Shown: positions 12,720-24,331 of the stretch, piece after piece
How positions within the stretch are numbered: the stretch's first letter is position 1
Layout: each line of letters begins with the position of its first letter
Assembly (NCBI GenBank): GCA_038087875.1
Contig: CM075977.1
Span: 204,352,001-204,416,000, forward strand
DNA from: Malacoraja senta
Lineage: Eukaryota
DNA: 64,000 nucleotides
Direction of reading: 5' to 3'
The notes under the pieces: model-generated
Seen by the model: only the letters and a program-made list of their open reading frames with translations
Databases searched by the model: none
Told to the model about the DNA's origin: nothing
Position numbers and translations under genes: made by a program

Positions 12720-12900
12720 CAGGGCAAAGGGAGAACTCCCCTGTTCTTCAAATTGTGATACAAGATCCTTTACACCCATCAGAAATGCAAAAGTTGCTTC
12801 AGTTTAAGATCTAATCCAAGAATATATTTTTGTCCAAGCAATGCTCCCTCAGCACTCAGAAATATTGATCTAGATTACATTTTCCAAAGCGTGATGAAAT
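12720..12900 (-). mobile_element. Ancient Deu-domain SINE remnant (AmnSINE/SacSINE-like)
   Basis: ggagaactcccctg..cttc..gatccttta..gtttaa..ctccctcagcact..ctagatt resembles the recalled DeuSINE core; highly diverged. Confidence 0.45.
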
Positions 12901-13027
12901 TCAATACCAGCTGAAACACAGGTAAGAGCACTTCACTGAATCAAGTATGCACTGTTAATAAACATTATTTATTTTACAAATTAACAAAGGCTCATTTTTT
13001 TTAAATAGGAGAAAAAAAAACACCTAC

Positions 13028-13248
13028 CGATCTAAAGAGATAATCAAAGTCTCATTTATTTCGGGCAGATCATCCGATTTTACTGTGATGTTGATTGTTG
13101 CATTGCTTTGGCCAGACAGGAATTTAACAGAACCATTCATTGGGCTGAGGTCATCGCTATTTATGTTATGATTAACCCCTGCAGGCTCTAAATGCCAGAA
13201 TACCTCGGCAGAGCCATCAGTTCCATCGCGTTGCAAAGCAATATATAT
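13028..13248 (-). CDS. ADGRV1: ADGRV1 exon 11 (221 bp)
   Basis: gttttcag|IYIALQRDGTDGSAEVFW...KSDDLPEINETLIISLD-CG|gtagg (ends phase 2). Confidence 0.96.
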
Positions 13249-13785
13249 CTGAAAACATGTTTCACAATAGTTAAAGAATAACAACTTTGCAGACTACGCC
13301 AGTGCTTCACAATAACAAAAAAAATTACTATTTATCATATATACAAGCTCACAAGTGAATAAGAATAAGAGTCGGCCATCTGACCTCTCGTGCCTTCCCG
13401 CATTCAAATGATCATGCTTGATTGGCTGCAGGCCTCACCGTCTCATTCATGCCAGTTCTCCATTGCCACAATTCCTTAATTTTTTTTTTTTTCAAATAAT
13501 CGGTCCCTTCTTTTATTATCCAGCCGCCACAACCCTCTTGGGTACAGAATTACATTGCCAGTCTCTCCAAGAAATTGTCCCTGCACATATCAATTTTAAA
13601 TGACCATCCCTTTATAGATGTCACCTTGTTCTCCCATGTGGAAACATATCTATCCTGTAAAGCCCACTTAGGATATGATATGGTTCAGGAAATTGCCCTT
13701 CATTCTTCCATACTCCAAAAACTACAGATCCATTTTCTTTAGATGTTCACAAGTGGCAAACCTATCGTGAATTAGACTAGTGTAA

Positions 13786-16700
13786 AACCCCTGTCTCACT
13801 GTGCGAGCTGACCCACGAGGTACCCCGAGCTTAAAACAAATTTAACTCGTGGTAATCACGTACGATTAACGTAGCGGGAACGTCGGAACTCGTGGACGCA
13901 ACTTAGCGACTCTTGGCGCTAACAGCAGGTACCCGTGACACTTGTTAACTCTTGGAAAAATTCAAACATGTTTAAACTTTTCCACGAGTAAAATGTACTC
14001 TTGAGGTTAAAATTTGAAACATTTAAACACGTTGTAAGAACGCAGTGGCCCGTGCGTTTACCTTAGTGACTCGTGAGTCTACCGTGGGAACTCTTTAACT
14101 CAGCGGGCAGGCAGCATCTCTGGAGAGAAGGAATGGATGATGGGATGACATTTCCAAATTGGGGGGGAGTGGGGGGTTGGAGGAGGGAGGGGGGGGTGGA
14201 GGAGAGAGGGTGGAGAGTGGAGGGAGAGGAGGGGGAGACAGATGGGGGTGTCTTCATTCACTAGCGGCGGGTGCCGGTCACTGAAACAGGCAGGTGAGAT
14301 TTAACATCCACCTTGTGTGTGTGTGTCTCTCTCTCCCTCCCTGCCTCTCACACAGGCTGAGAGACTCTGCCTCTGTGAGTGTACGTCTCTTTCTCCCCCT
14401 CTCCCACACACAGTAAGACTGAGGTAAGTCCATCTGTGTAAGTCCATCTGTGTCTCCCACATACAGTCAAACTCTGCTTTGTGTGTATATACGTCTCCCC
14501 CATTTCTCTCTTCCCCCCCATTTCTCTCTTTCTCCCCCCCACCTCTCTCTTTCTCCCCCACACACAATAAGACCGATGTATTCTGCTTAGTCTCTCTTCC
14601 CTCCCACACACACAGATAGACCGAGGTCCTGTGCGCTCTTTCTCTCCCCCCCACAGTCACGCCGAAGTACACCACACTGCCTCTGTGCCTCTCTCTCTCT
14701 CTGTCTCTCTCCCCATCTCCTTCATACACAGTCAGAGGTCCACACTGTCTCTGTGTCTCTCTCTCCCCTACACACACACACAGACTGAGGTACACACTGC
14801 CCATTGTGTGTGTGTGTCTGCCTCTGTCTCTCTCCCACACACACAGTTAAAGGTACTCCATATAACCATATAACCATAACAGCACGGAAACAGGCCATCT
14901 CGGCCCTTCAAGTCCGTGCCGAACAAATTTTTTTTTTTTTAAACTTCCCCCTAGTCCCATCTACCTGCACTCAGACCATAACCCTCCATTCCTTTCCCGT
15001 CCATATACCCATCCAATCTATTTTTAAAGGATAACATCGAACCTGCCTCCACCACTTCCACTGGAAGCTCATTCCACACAGCTACCACTCTCTGAGTAAA
15101 GAAGTTCCCCCTAATGTTCCCCCTAAACTTCTGTCCCTTAATTCTCAAGTCATGTCCCCTTGTTTGAATCTTCCCTACTCTCAATGGGAAAAGCTTATCC
15201 ACGTCCACTCTGTCTAACCCGCTCATAATTTTAAAGACCTCTATCAAGTCCCCTCTTAACCTTCTGCGCTCCAAAGAATAAAGACCTAACTTGTTCAACC
15301 TTTCTCTGTAACTTAGTTGCTGAAACCCAGGCAACATTCTAGTAAATCTCCTCTGTACTCTCTCTATTTTGTTGACATCCTTCCTATAATTAGGCGACCA
15401 AAATTGTACTCCATACTCCAGAATTGGCCTCACCAATGCCTTGTACAATTTTAACATTACATCCCAACTTCTATATTCAATGCTCTGATTTATAAAGGCC
15501 AGCACACCAAAAGCTTTCTTTACCACCCTATCTACATGAGATTCCACCTTCAGGGAACTATGCACAGTTATTCCTAGATCCCTCTGTTCAACTGCATTCC
15601 TCAATTCGCTACCATTTACCGTGTACGTCCTATTTTGATTTGTCCTGCCGAGATGTAGCACCTCACATTTGTCAGCATTAAACTCCATCTGCCATCTTTC
15701 AGCCCACTCTTCCAAATGGCCTAAATCTCGCTGTAGACTTTGAAAATCTACTTCATTATCCACAACACCACCTATCTTAGTATCATCTGCATACTTACTA
15801 ATCCAATTTTCCACACCTTCATCCAGATCATTGATGTACATGACAAACAACAGTGGACCCAACACAGACCCCTGAGGCACCCCACTAGTCACCGGCCTCC
15901 AACCTGACAAACAGCCATCCACCATTACTCTCTGGCATCTCCCATTCAGCCACTGTTGAATCCATCTTGCTACTCCACCATTAATACCCAACAATTGAAT
16001 CTTCTTAACCAACCTTCCATGAGAAACCTTGTCAAAGGCCTTACTGAAGTCCATATAGACAACATCCACTGCTTTACCCTCATCAATTTCCCTAGTAACC
16101 TCTTCGAAAAATTCAAGAAGATTAGTCAAGCATAACCTTCCAGGCACAAATCCATGTTGACTGTTCATAATCAGACCCTGCTTATCCAGATGCTTATATA
16201 TATTTTCTTTAAGTATCCTTTCCATTAATTTGCCCACCACTGACGTCAAACTAACAGGTCTGCCAAACTAACAGGTCCACGCTGCCTGTGTGTGTGTGTG
16301 TCTCTCTCTCTCTCTGTCCCACCCCCCACACCCACACACAGTCAGTCAGTCAGAGGAACTCCACACTGTGTGTGTGTGTGTGCGCCTCTGTCTCTCCCTA
16401 TCACAGTCAGAGTGAGATACTCCCCCCGCAGTCTCTCCGCGGCCTCTCCCCGGGCAAGGTGCATCTGGCTCCCTCAGGCTGCTCAGGCAGTCAGACACGA
16501 CTCTGGTGGCGGGCTCCATGCACAGCTCCTGCCGGCCGGCTGGGAGCGGCGACGGAGGACAGGGGGAAGATGGCCACCAGCAGGGCAGTCTCGGCTCTCC
16601 ATGCAGTCCGAGTCTCGCTGGATCCTCGTAATCCTCTGCCTCTGTCAAATGGGTGACTTTAACCTGACCCCCCCCCTAACCTCCCTCCACCTCAACTCAC

Positions 16701-17246
16701 GCCTGGGCACCAAAGCAGCTCAGGAGGCGAACCCTGAGCTCCGTCTCCCAACAATCTGATGTGCGCATCTGTGCACATTCAAAGATTTCATCTCCCGTCT
16801 CCCCGCAGTGTGTAGACCTGGCAGTAAATTCAATTAAAATATAGCAAACCTCCGCCTGCTGGTCTTCTAACTACGTGATGTGTGTTTCAAACAAATCATC
16901 AGTATAACTGCCCTGGCACTGGACGGTGCGCATTTTCCCTTTGTAGGTCACATCAATAGATGCGGCCGCGCTGAATTCTATCTTTAATTCAAAGCCGCAG
17001 GATGGAGATGTTGCTTATTAAAACAGACCTTCATTGAAGGTTGGCTCAAGAGTAACTCGGGAAAGGAACTTGTTAACTCGGGAGACGAACTTGGAACATC
17101 GCAGAAATGACAGTTAACGGCAAACTTGAGTCATACCCGTGGGAACTCGGTTAAACTCTTGATCATAAACTTGGAGTCTCGTACGCAACCACGAGTCATT
17201 CACTCTGGGTCACTCGTGGGTCAACTCGCACAGTGAGACAGGGCTT
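13786..17246. mobile_element. Non-autonomous PIF/Harbinger-type DNA transposon (about 34-bp TIRs, TAA TSD) with a nested CR1
   Basis: Left end aacccctgtctcactgtgcgagctgacccacgag versus right end ctcgtgggtcaactcgcacagtgagacagggctt (2 mismatches); TAA at 13783-13785 and 17247-17249; no transposase ORF. Confidence 0.85.
14858..16277 (-). mobile_element. Young 5'-truncated CR1 LINE with an uninterrupted RT frame (432 aa)
   Basis: ORF 14951..16249 with [11 protein letters not shown] and YADD; short tandem tail (ccatataa)n at about 14858-14880. Confidence 0.95.
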
Positions 17247-17590
17247 TAACTCTTTTAGACTGTGTCCAAGTCTTTTAAATCCCATCTTAAATAAAGGAAC
17301 TGAAACTGTGATTAGTACTGCAGGTGTAGCCTCACCAAGCTTCTCATTTCTAAACACCAACCCTTTTGCAATAAAGGCCAATTTACCTTTCTAACAGCTT
17401 GCACCCACCAGTGAACTTTGAGATTCATGCACAATAACATGATCTATTACAACATCTATTACATGCATCTACAATCTCTCTCCATTTAAATAATACTCTG
17501 CCTTTAGATTCCTTTTACTGAAGTACATGCCCTCACACCTTCCCATTTGCCAATTTGATGCCCTTCTATTCAATATATTGTCCGCATGCA

Positions 17591-17655
17591 CTTTCATGGA
17601 CTTGTTTCCAATCAACTAAATCTCCTTTAGTTGATTGGAAACAAGTCCATGAAAG
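17591..17655. repeat. Perfect 30-bp inverted repeat with a 5-nt loop
   Basis: ctttcatggacttgtttccaatcaactaaa-tctcc-tttagttgattggaaacaagtccatgaaag. Confidence 0.95.
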
Positions 17656-18182
17656 AGAAAATTCCCAGACATGTTCTTTACCAAATTAGTGTGCATTATC
17701 TAACTTGTCTCATCTACCCACAGGAAATTATATGCCTTATGGTGTCATAGAATAGAGTTACAGAGCACAGAAACATGCCTGTCTCCCTGGGATGTCTGTG
17801 CTAATTATCAAGTACCTATCCACACAAATCTAATTTTTCCTCTCACATCCCCATCAACTTCTCCCACGCTAATTCTCCTGCCATTCAAAACACTTGAGGA
17901 AATCCTCATTAAGTAGTCTACAGTAGATACAGATGTAGCCATGTGGGAGGAAACAAGAGCACTGGAAGGAAATCCACAGAGCTGCACATTCCACATTGCC
18001 TGCATCCAAGGTCAGCACGGATCTCTTGTGTTGTGCAGAGGTAGTTCTGTGCCACCCATCACAAGATGCTATGAGAGTGCAATGCATTGCTTTTCGCTAA
18101 TTCGCAAATGGAAGATGATGGGCTGACGGAATCAGTAGATATTTGCCATTTGTAGGTGCACTCCACACATCGTTTTACATAC

Positions 18183-18359
18183 CTGACTATCAGAGGCGTT
18201 TTCTGGTTCATGAACAAGAAGTGTTTCATTGCTGGTAAATCCAACTTCTCCATTTGCCAGCTCAGGTGTAATTATTAGTGAGACCATTAGCAAATCAGCA
18301 AGCCTGGGGCTCACTGATGGAACAAGAGGAAGGATGTTTATCAGCTCGACTGTGTCCAG
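18183..18359 (-). CDS. ADGRV1: ADGRV1 exon 10 (177 bp)
   Basis: tctttcag|LDTVELINILPLVPSVSPRLADLLMVSLIITPELANGEVGFTSNETLLVHEPENASDSQ|gtatg. Confidence 0.95.
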
Positions 18360-18432
18360 CTGAAAGAATTAACAGAAACTTATCAGTGTTCAATGTCAAG
18401 CACAAAAACCTTTCCAAGGAGACAACATTTTT

Positions 18433-19170
18433 CATAATAATCATAATCAATCACACTTTTTTAGCCAAGTATGATTTGCAACATACGAGGAATTTGATTC
18501 ACCATACAGTCATACCAACAAAAAGCAACAGAACACACAAAATACATTTTAACATAAACATCTACCACAGTGACACCTCAACATGTGATGGAAGGCGAAA
18601 AAAAGTTCAATCTCTCCCTTCTTTGTCCTCCAGCGGTCGGGGGCCTCTAACCTTCCGTTGACGGGACGATCTTAATCCTGTAGCCGGAGGCAGGCCTCCT
18701 CGTCGGGGCGATCAAGCCCCTGCATCGGGAGGGAATCTCACCTCCCCCACGTCGTGCGATCTACCCCGGGTCGGGGCTAGTCGAATGTCGTGCGGCATTT
18801 GGAGCTACCTGACGTCTGCGAGCTCCCTGATGTTAAAGTCCGCGGTTGGAGCGTCGATCCCAGGCAAGGAATCGGCTCCGATGGCAAGTCCATGCCCCGC
18901 GGTGAGGCTCAAAGTCAGTCCCGAGCAAGGCCCCTGGCTCCACGATGTTAGGCCACAGAGTGACCGGAGATATGATCCGGAAAACAATCGCATCTCCGGC
19001 AAGGTAAGAGATTGAAAAAAAGTTTCCCCCGACCCCCCCTGCCCACACCTCACATAAAACAAACCAGTGAACACTAACACATACTTTTTAACACGTTAAA
19101 AATAACAAAAACAAAACGAAAAGAACAGACAGACTGTAGGCGAGGCTGCCATCGAAGCGTCACCCGGTGG
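18433..19170 (-). mobile_element. CpG-rich non-autonomous retroelement, related to 31451-32217
   Basis: Shares blocks with 31451-32217 (tgtgatggaaggc, agacagactg.aggcgag); short tandem tail at the left end; no credible ORF. Confidence 0.6.
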
Positions 19171-19861
19171 TATATTACACCCGGTTTGTAAACCATATTT
19201 TAAATTAATATCAGCAATTTCTCTACTACTATTAAAGATGTCGCTCCAAATGGAATAAGTTGCGATAACATTAGTAAATCCACAAAATGAAATCACATGG
19301 AGGGCTAATTTAATTCCACAGCCACTCCTCCCTCCAGGATGACGGTGTTGGGAAAGTGAAAACATAAACCAAATCTAAAGCTCACCCTCAGGCTTTTGGT
19401 TTTAACAGAAGAGGGAGAGGTAATTCATTTTTGAGGTAGGATGGGCAGTAAAATCTCTGAAGGAAGTAGATTGTTACTTCATTTTAATTCCTAGGATTTC
19501 TGGTCCTCAGGAAATCTAAACTGATAAAAAGAGGCAAGAGGGTCTACATCCACAATATGTCCTTTTGTAGCCTTAAGATGCAGTTGTATTCTGTCTCAGG
19601 CCCAAAAAAACATCCTGAAGTTAATTGTATTTGAACATCTTCCAAACTCAAACTCCCCTATTTGTTGTTCTCCCCTTAACACTCACCTTTATTTCTCCTT
19701 CTGGCCAAATTTGATGAAGTTCCAGATGATAGATTGGTTACCAAAACTGGTTACCAAACCCAAGGGATTCAAAAAGGTCAGTGGCGGCATGAACTGGAAA
19801 TTCATTAATGACAGGTAGCAGAGAGGAGTGGGAAAGTGTCATTTCTTTCAGAATTATATAA

Positions 19862-20085
19862 CGGGCCTGTCCCATCTTCACGACCTAATTCACGACTTTT
19901 TACTCGTGGACATTTTTCATCATGCTAGAAAAAACGCCCGACCTACTTGATGCCACGAGTACCTACGACTAGCATCACGGCCTGCTGCCACCTACCCACG
20001 ACCTCCTATGACCATGCTGCGAGTATGAGTTAAGGGCAAACTCGGCAGAGGTCGTTAATTAGGTCGTGAAAGTGGGACAGGCCCT
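19862..20085. mobile_element. 224-bp Tourist/Harbinger-type MITE
   Basis: TIR gggcctgtcccatcttcacgacctaatt versus aattaggtcgtgaaagtgggacaggccc; TAA TSD at 19859-19861 and 20086-20088; interrupts an old CR1 fragment. Confidence 0.88.
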
Positions 20086-20635
20086 TAAGGTGGACCACAG
20101 TGTCCACAGGGGTCAATGCTGGACCACTAATATTATTTTTAAAATATACATGAATGACATTAGACATAAATGTTCCGAGCAAAATTTTCAAATTAGCAAA
20201 TGACAAATCCCAAAAGAATGGTAAACATTGGGGAGGGTAGTATAGACAACATGACATAGATAAGCTGTCAGAATTGGCTCCCAAGTAATAGGTGCAATAG
20301 ATTAGAGAAGCATAACGTGATGCAGAAACAAGGAACTGTAGATGCTAGTTTACACAAAAGGATACAAAGTGCTGGAAGTAACCCAGGCAGCCTCTCTGGA
20401 GGACATGGGCTAGTTCCCTTCTTTAGGCTGATCAGATATGCTGTCTCACTGAGTTACTCTTGCACTTTGTCCTATAAACTTTGGCAGAAATGAGGAGGAA
20501 AGAAAACATCAATAAAATGGCACATCCCCAAAGGATGTGCTGGAACAGAAGGGTTCACAATCCATACGGGTTCCTGAGATTTATAAATTGAGGCAAAAAA
20601 AGTACAGAAGCATTTCAATATTTGAAATTTCAATA

Positions 20636-21796
20636 TTATAAGGTCCCACATAGGAGATTAGTGGCCAAAATTAGAGCACATGGTAGAGTACTGACATGGA
20701 TAGAAAATTGGTTGGCAGACAGGAAACAAGGAGTAGGGATTAACAGGTCCCTTGCAGAATGGTGGGCAGTGACTAGTGGGGTACCGCAAGGCTCGGTGCT
20801 GGGACCGCAGCTATTTACAATATACACCAATGATTTAGATGAAGGGATTCAAAATAACATTAGCAAATTTGCAGATGACACAAAGCTGGGTGGCAGTGTG
20901 AACTGTGAGGAGGATGCTATGAGAATGCAGGGTGACTTGGACAGGTTGGATGAGTGGGCAGATGCATGGCAGATGTGGTTTAATGTGGATAAATCTGAGG
21001 TTATCCACTTTGGTAGCAAAAACAGGAAGGCAGATTATTATCTAAATAGTGTCAAGTTGGGAAAAGGGGAAGCACAATGGGATCTGTGGGTCCTTGTTCA
21101 TCAGTCAATGAAAGTAAGCATGCAGGTACAGCAGGCAATGAAGAAAGCGAATTCATAATTGGCCTTCATAACAAGAGCAGATGAGTATAGGAGCAAAGAG
21201 GTTCTTCTGCAGTTGTATAGGGCCCTAGTGAGACCAGACCTGGAGTATTGTGTGCAGTTTTGGTCTCCGAGTTTGAGGAAGGACATTCTTGCTATTGAGG
21301 GAGTGCAGCGTAGGTTTACAAGGTTAGTTCCCGGGATGGCGGGACTGTCATTTGCTGAGAGAATGGAGCGGCTGGGCTTGTATACTCTGGAATTTAGAAG
21401 GATGAGAGGGGATTTTATTGAGACATATAAGATTATTAAGGGTTTTGACATGCTAGAGGCAGGAAACATGTTCCCGATGTTGGGGGAGTCCAGAACCAGA
21501 GGCCACATTTTAAGAATAAGGGGTAAGCCATTTAGAACGGAGATGAGGAAACACTTTTTCACACAGAGAGTTGTGTCTGTGGAATTCTCTGCCTCAGAGG
21601 GTGATGGAGGCCAGTTCTCTGGATACTTTCAAGAGAGAGCTAGATAGGGCTCTTAAAGATAGCGGAGTCAGGGGATATGGGGAGAAGGCAGGAATGGGCT
21701 ACTGATTGGGGATGATCAGCCATGATCACATTGAATGGCAGTGCTGGCTTGAAGGGCCGAATGGCCTACTCCTGCACCTATTGTATATTGTCTATT
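20636..21796 (+). mobile_element. CR1 LINE 3' part, disrupted
   Basis: ORFs 20622..21158 and 21159..21647 ([14 protein letters not shown]); tattg-type tail. Confidence 0.92.
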
Positions 21797-22137
21797 TCCA
21801 TTCCACATATCCATCCTAACCTGCACCATACTCAATTTGTACATCGTCTTTTACTAACCCTACCATTGTCATTCAACAAGGCGACATTCAAGGTGTTGCC
21901 ATTGGCCCTATGAGTTATATCTCTTCTAGAGAACATCAGTTCTTTAACATCTCATAACTCCCAGTAAACCATGACCCCCAACTCAGAAACGTTGGCCAGC
22001 CAATTGTCTACTAACAGGATCTTAGAACCAAATAGTGACAACAAAACCTAAAAATGAGAGAAGTACTCTTCCCAAAACTAATTATTCATGATTCTTCAAT
22101 GTAGTTCCTTGTATGTGAATAATTGGCCAATAAACAT

Positions 22138-22178
22138 ATTCATTCATTCATTCATTCATTCATTCATTCATTCATTCA
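22138..22178. repeat. (TTCA)n microsatellite
   Basis: About 10 tandem attc units. Confidence 0.95.
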
Positions 22179-22284
22179 TATCATTATTACCACCAAGGTT
22201 AAAATCAGGTTTAAATGCTGGTTCACAAATCACCCATTTTATTTTTTTTAAATGGTTGCAAAACTCTGTTTTGTACCAACTTAC

Positions 22285-22614
22285 TTGCACAAGAAAGCTT
22301 GCTCCATTTTTTAGGAAGGCATCATTTCTTATTGGTAACTTGATGCTTATCTGTGACTGTCCTGGCATGAAGATGACACTGTTTTTGCTGGAAACATTGA
22401 GGATATCATCCTTTGCATTGGAAAGATCCATGACACCAGCAGGGATATACAGCACAGTGTAGTTCAGCTGCACAACCCCAACTGTACCATTGTGCCTGCC
22501 AAAACTCAAGGACAGAAACCGCCCGGTAGGGCTACTATCAATTTCTTGTCCCTCCATAGAATGGAAGCCAATTAAGCCATAAACATCATCACTGTCTTGA
22601 ATATAAAATATAAT
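22285..22614 (-). CDS. ADGRV1: ADGRV1 exon 9 (330 bp)
   Basis: atatttag|IIFYIQDSDDVYGLIGFHSMEGQEIDSSP...LPIRNDAFLKNGASFLVQ|gtaag. Confidence 0.96.
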
Positions 22615-23297
22615 CTAAATATGAAGAAAAAAACATAAATAGCTTTATTTTCATACATGGTATACCCTAACAATGTTAAATATAACATATTGATGCATTA
22701 TTACAAAACTTACAACATTGAATGGATATAAAAGCAATCACACAATTACTCCAACAATCTCATAGGCATTACAGAACATAAAGGTATATATTATTTTGTA
22801 CACTGGATTTAAAGTAAACAAGTGGAAAAGTTATAGCAGACCGCAAGGGGGTAAATGGTGCTCGTTATTGCCGATTGTCCACGATAACCAAGTATGCGTT
22901 TTTACCTTATAGATATCACTGCCCCGGCACCGGGTCTGAATCCTGGTGCCCCGTCACCGAGAGCTTAGTGGGACCTCCCTAACTACATAGAGCACATCGG
23001 TCCAAGACAGCCAACCCTCACCACCTTGTTCAGCACTGCTGGAGAATGGTAATAACCACTCCCCTGCTGCTGATTCCCACATTCAGAGATTGAGAGCAAA
23101 ATGGAATGTCTTGGGGTGGCAGTGTGAGGAAACCCTATTCCATTCCAAATGAGATTCCCATGATTAACTGCCTGCCTGGAGTTCAGGGTGAAAGGATGTC
23201 AACCTTATACATTAACTCTGTTTCCCCAACCAAAGACACTAATCTGCATAATATTTTTCAGATGTACTGACGAGTATTTTGTTCTCCAGTGACATCA

Positions 23298-23780
23298 GTG
23301 GAGGCTTTGGAAAAGGTGCAGAAGAGGTTCACTAGAATGGTGCCTGGATGAGGGGATATTAGCGGCAGGAAGAGGTTGGACAGACTTGGATTGTTTTCTC
23401 TTAAATACCGGAATTTGCAGGGAGATCTGACAGAAGTATATAAAATTATGAGAAGGGTAGATAGGGGAAACACTCAGAACCTTTTTACCAGGATGGAAAG
23501 ACCAAATACTTGGGAGTAGAGCTTTAAGGTGAGAGGCGCAAAGTTTAAAGATGTGGGGGGCAAGTACACACAGAGGATGGCGAGTGCCTGGAACACGTTG
23601 TCGGAGGAGGATGAAGCAGATACGATAATGGTATTTCAGAGACTTTTGAATAGGCGTATGGATACGCAGGGAATGGAGGGATATGGATTGTGTGCAGGCA
23701 GATAAGAGTTGGTCTTGGCATCACAATCGGCATAATTACTATGGGCCAAAGGACCTATTCCTGCGCTGTACCGTTCTGCG
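23298..23780 (+). mobile_element. Old CR1 3' fragment
   Basis: aaggtgcagaagaggttcactagaatg...cctgcgctgtac 3' end. Confidence 0.8.
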
Positions 23781-24060
23781 TATTTCCAAACATCTCTGAT
23801 CCTAAGTGAAGCCACCAGGATATCAGTGGTCATGCAGATTCTAGGAGTTAGCGTGATCCTAAACACCTTGTGAGAGGCGAACAAAGGCACAGATCAACTC
23901 AAACACAGGCAGACCATTGTATCAGGACAGAAGATGCTGAAGCATTAACTCTTTCTCTTCCTACAGATGCTGCCTGGCCTGCCAATAGTTTCCAGCAACT
24001 TATGTATCTGTTTCAGCCAAAAAAGGCGTTTCTAATTTTCAAATGTTTTCTTAAACGTAC

Positions 24061-24331
24061 TTGCGTGGGTTCATCCAGTTCTGCTCCTCCTTTTATTGTA
24101 CTGTTTAACAGCCGGAAAAGATAAGCCTCTGCTTCTTCAGGTGTATCATCATTAACAATAAAGAGGGGCACAAGAGCCATCATTTGTCCTGCTACAAATT
24201 CCAGAGTTCCTGAAGATGGCTCGAGGTCTTCAGTAACAGCTGAGGAATCGGTACTGCTCCTCGAAATAATCCAGTTCACCGAGATGTTACCATGTGCACC
24301 ACCATTCCTTACAATAGTAATTCCATCAAAT
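24061..24331 (-). CDS. ADGRV1: ADGRV1 exon 8 (271 bp)
   Basis: Within ORF 24013..24363; ttgcag|A-FDGITIVRNGGAHGNISVNW...DDTPEEAEAYLFRLLNSTIKGGAELDEPTQ|gtacg. Confidence 0.96.

Noticed and set aside
14280-14850. ORFs and repeat-spacer appearance (CRISPR-like)
   Set aside because: Degenerate CA/CT minisatellite inside a transposon; eukaryotic context, no constant repeat and no cas genes
14951-16249. Domesticated reverse transcriptase gene
   Set aside because: 5'-truncated mid-ORF2 with a CR1 3' UTR and tail; the open frame is explained by recent insertion
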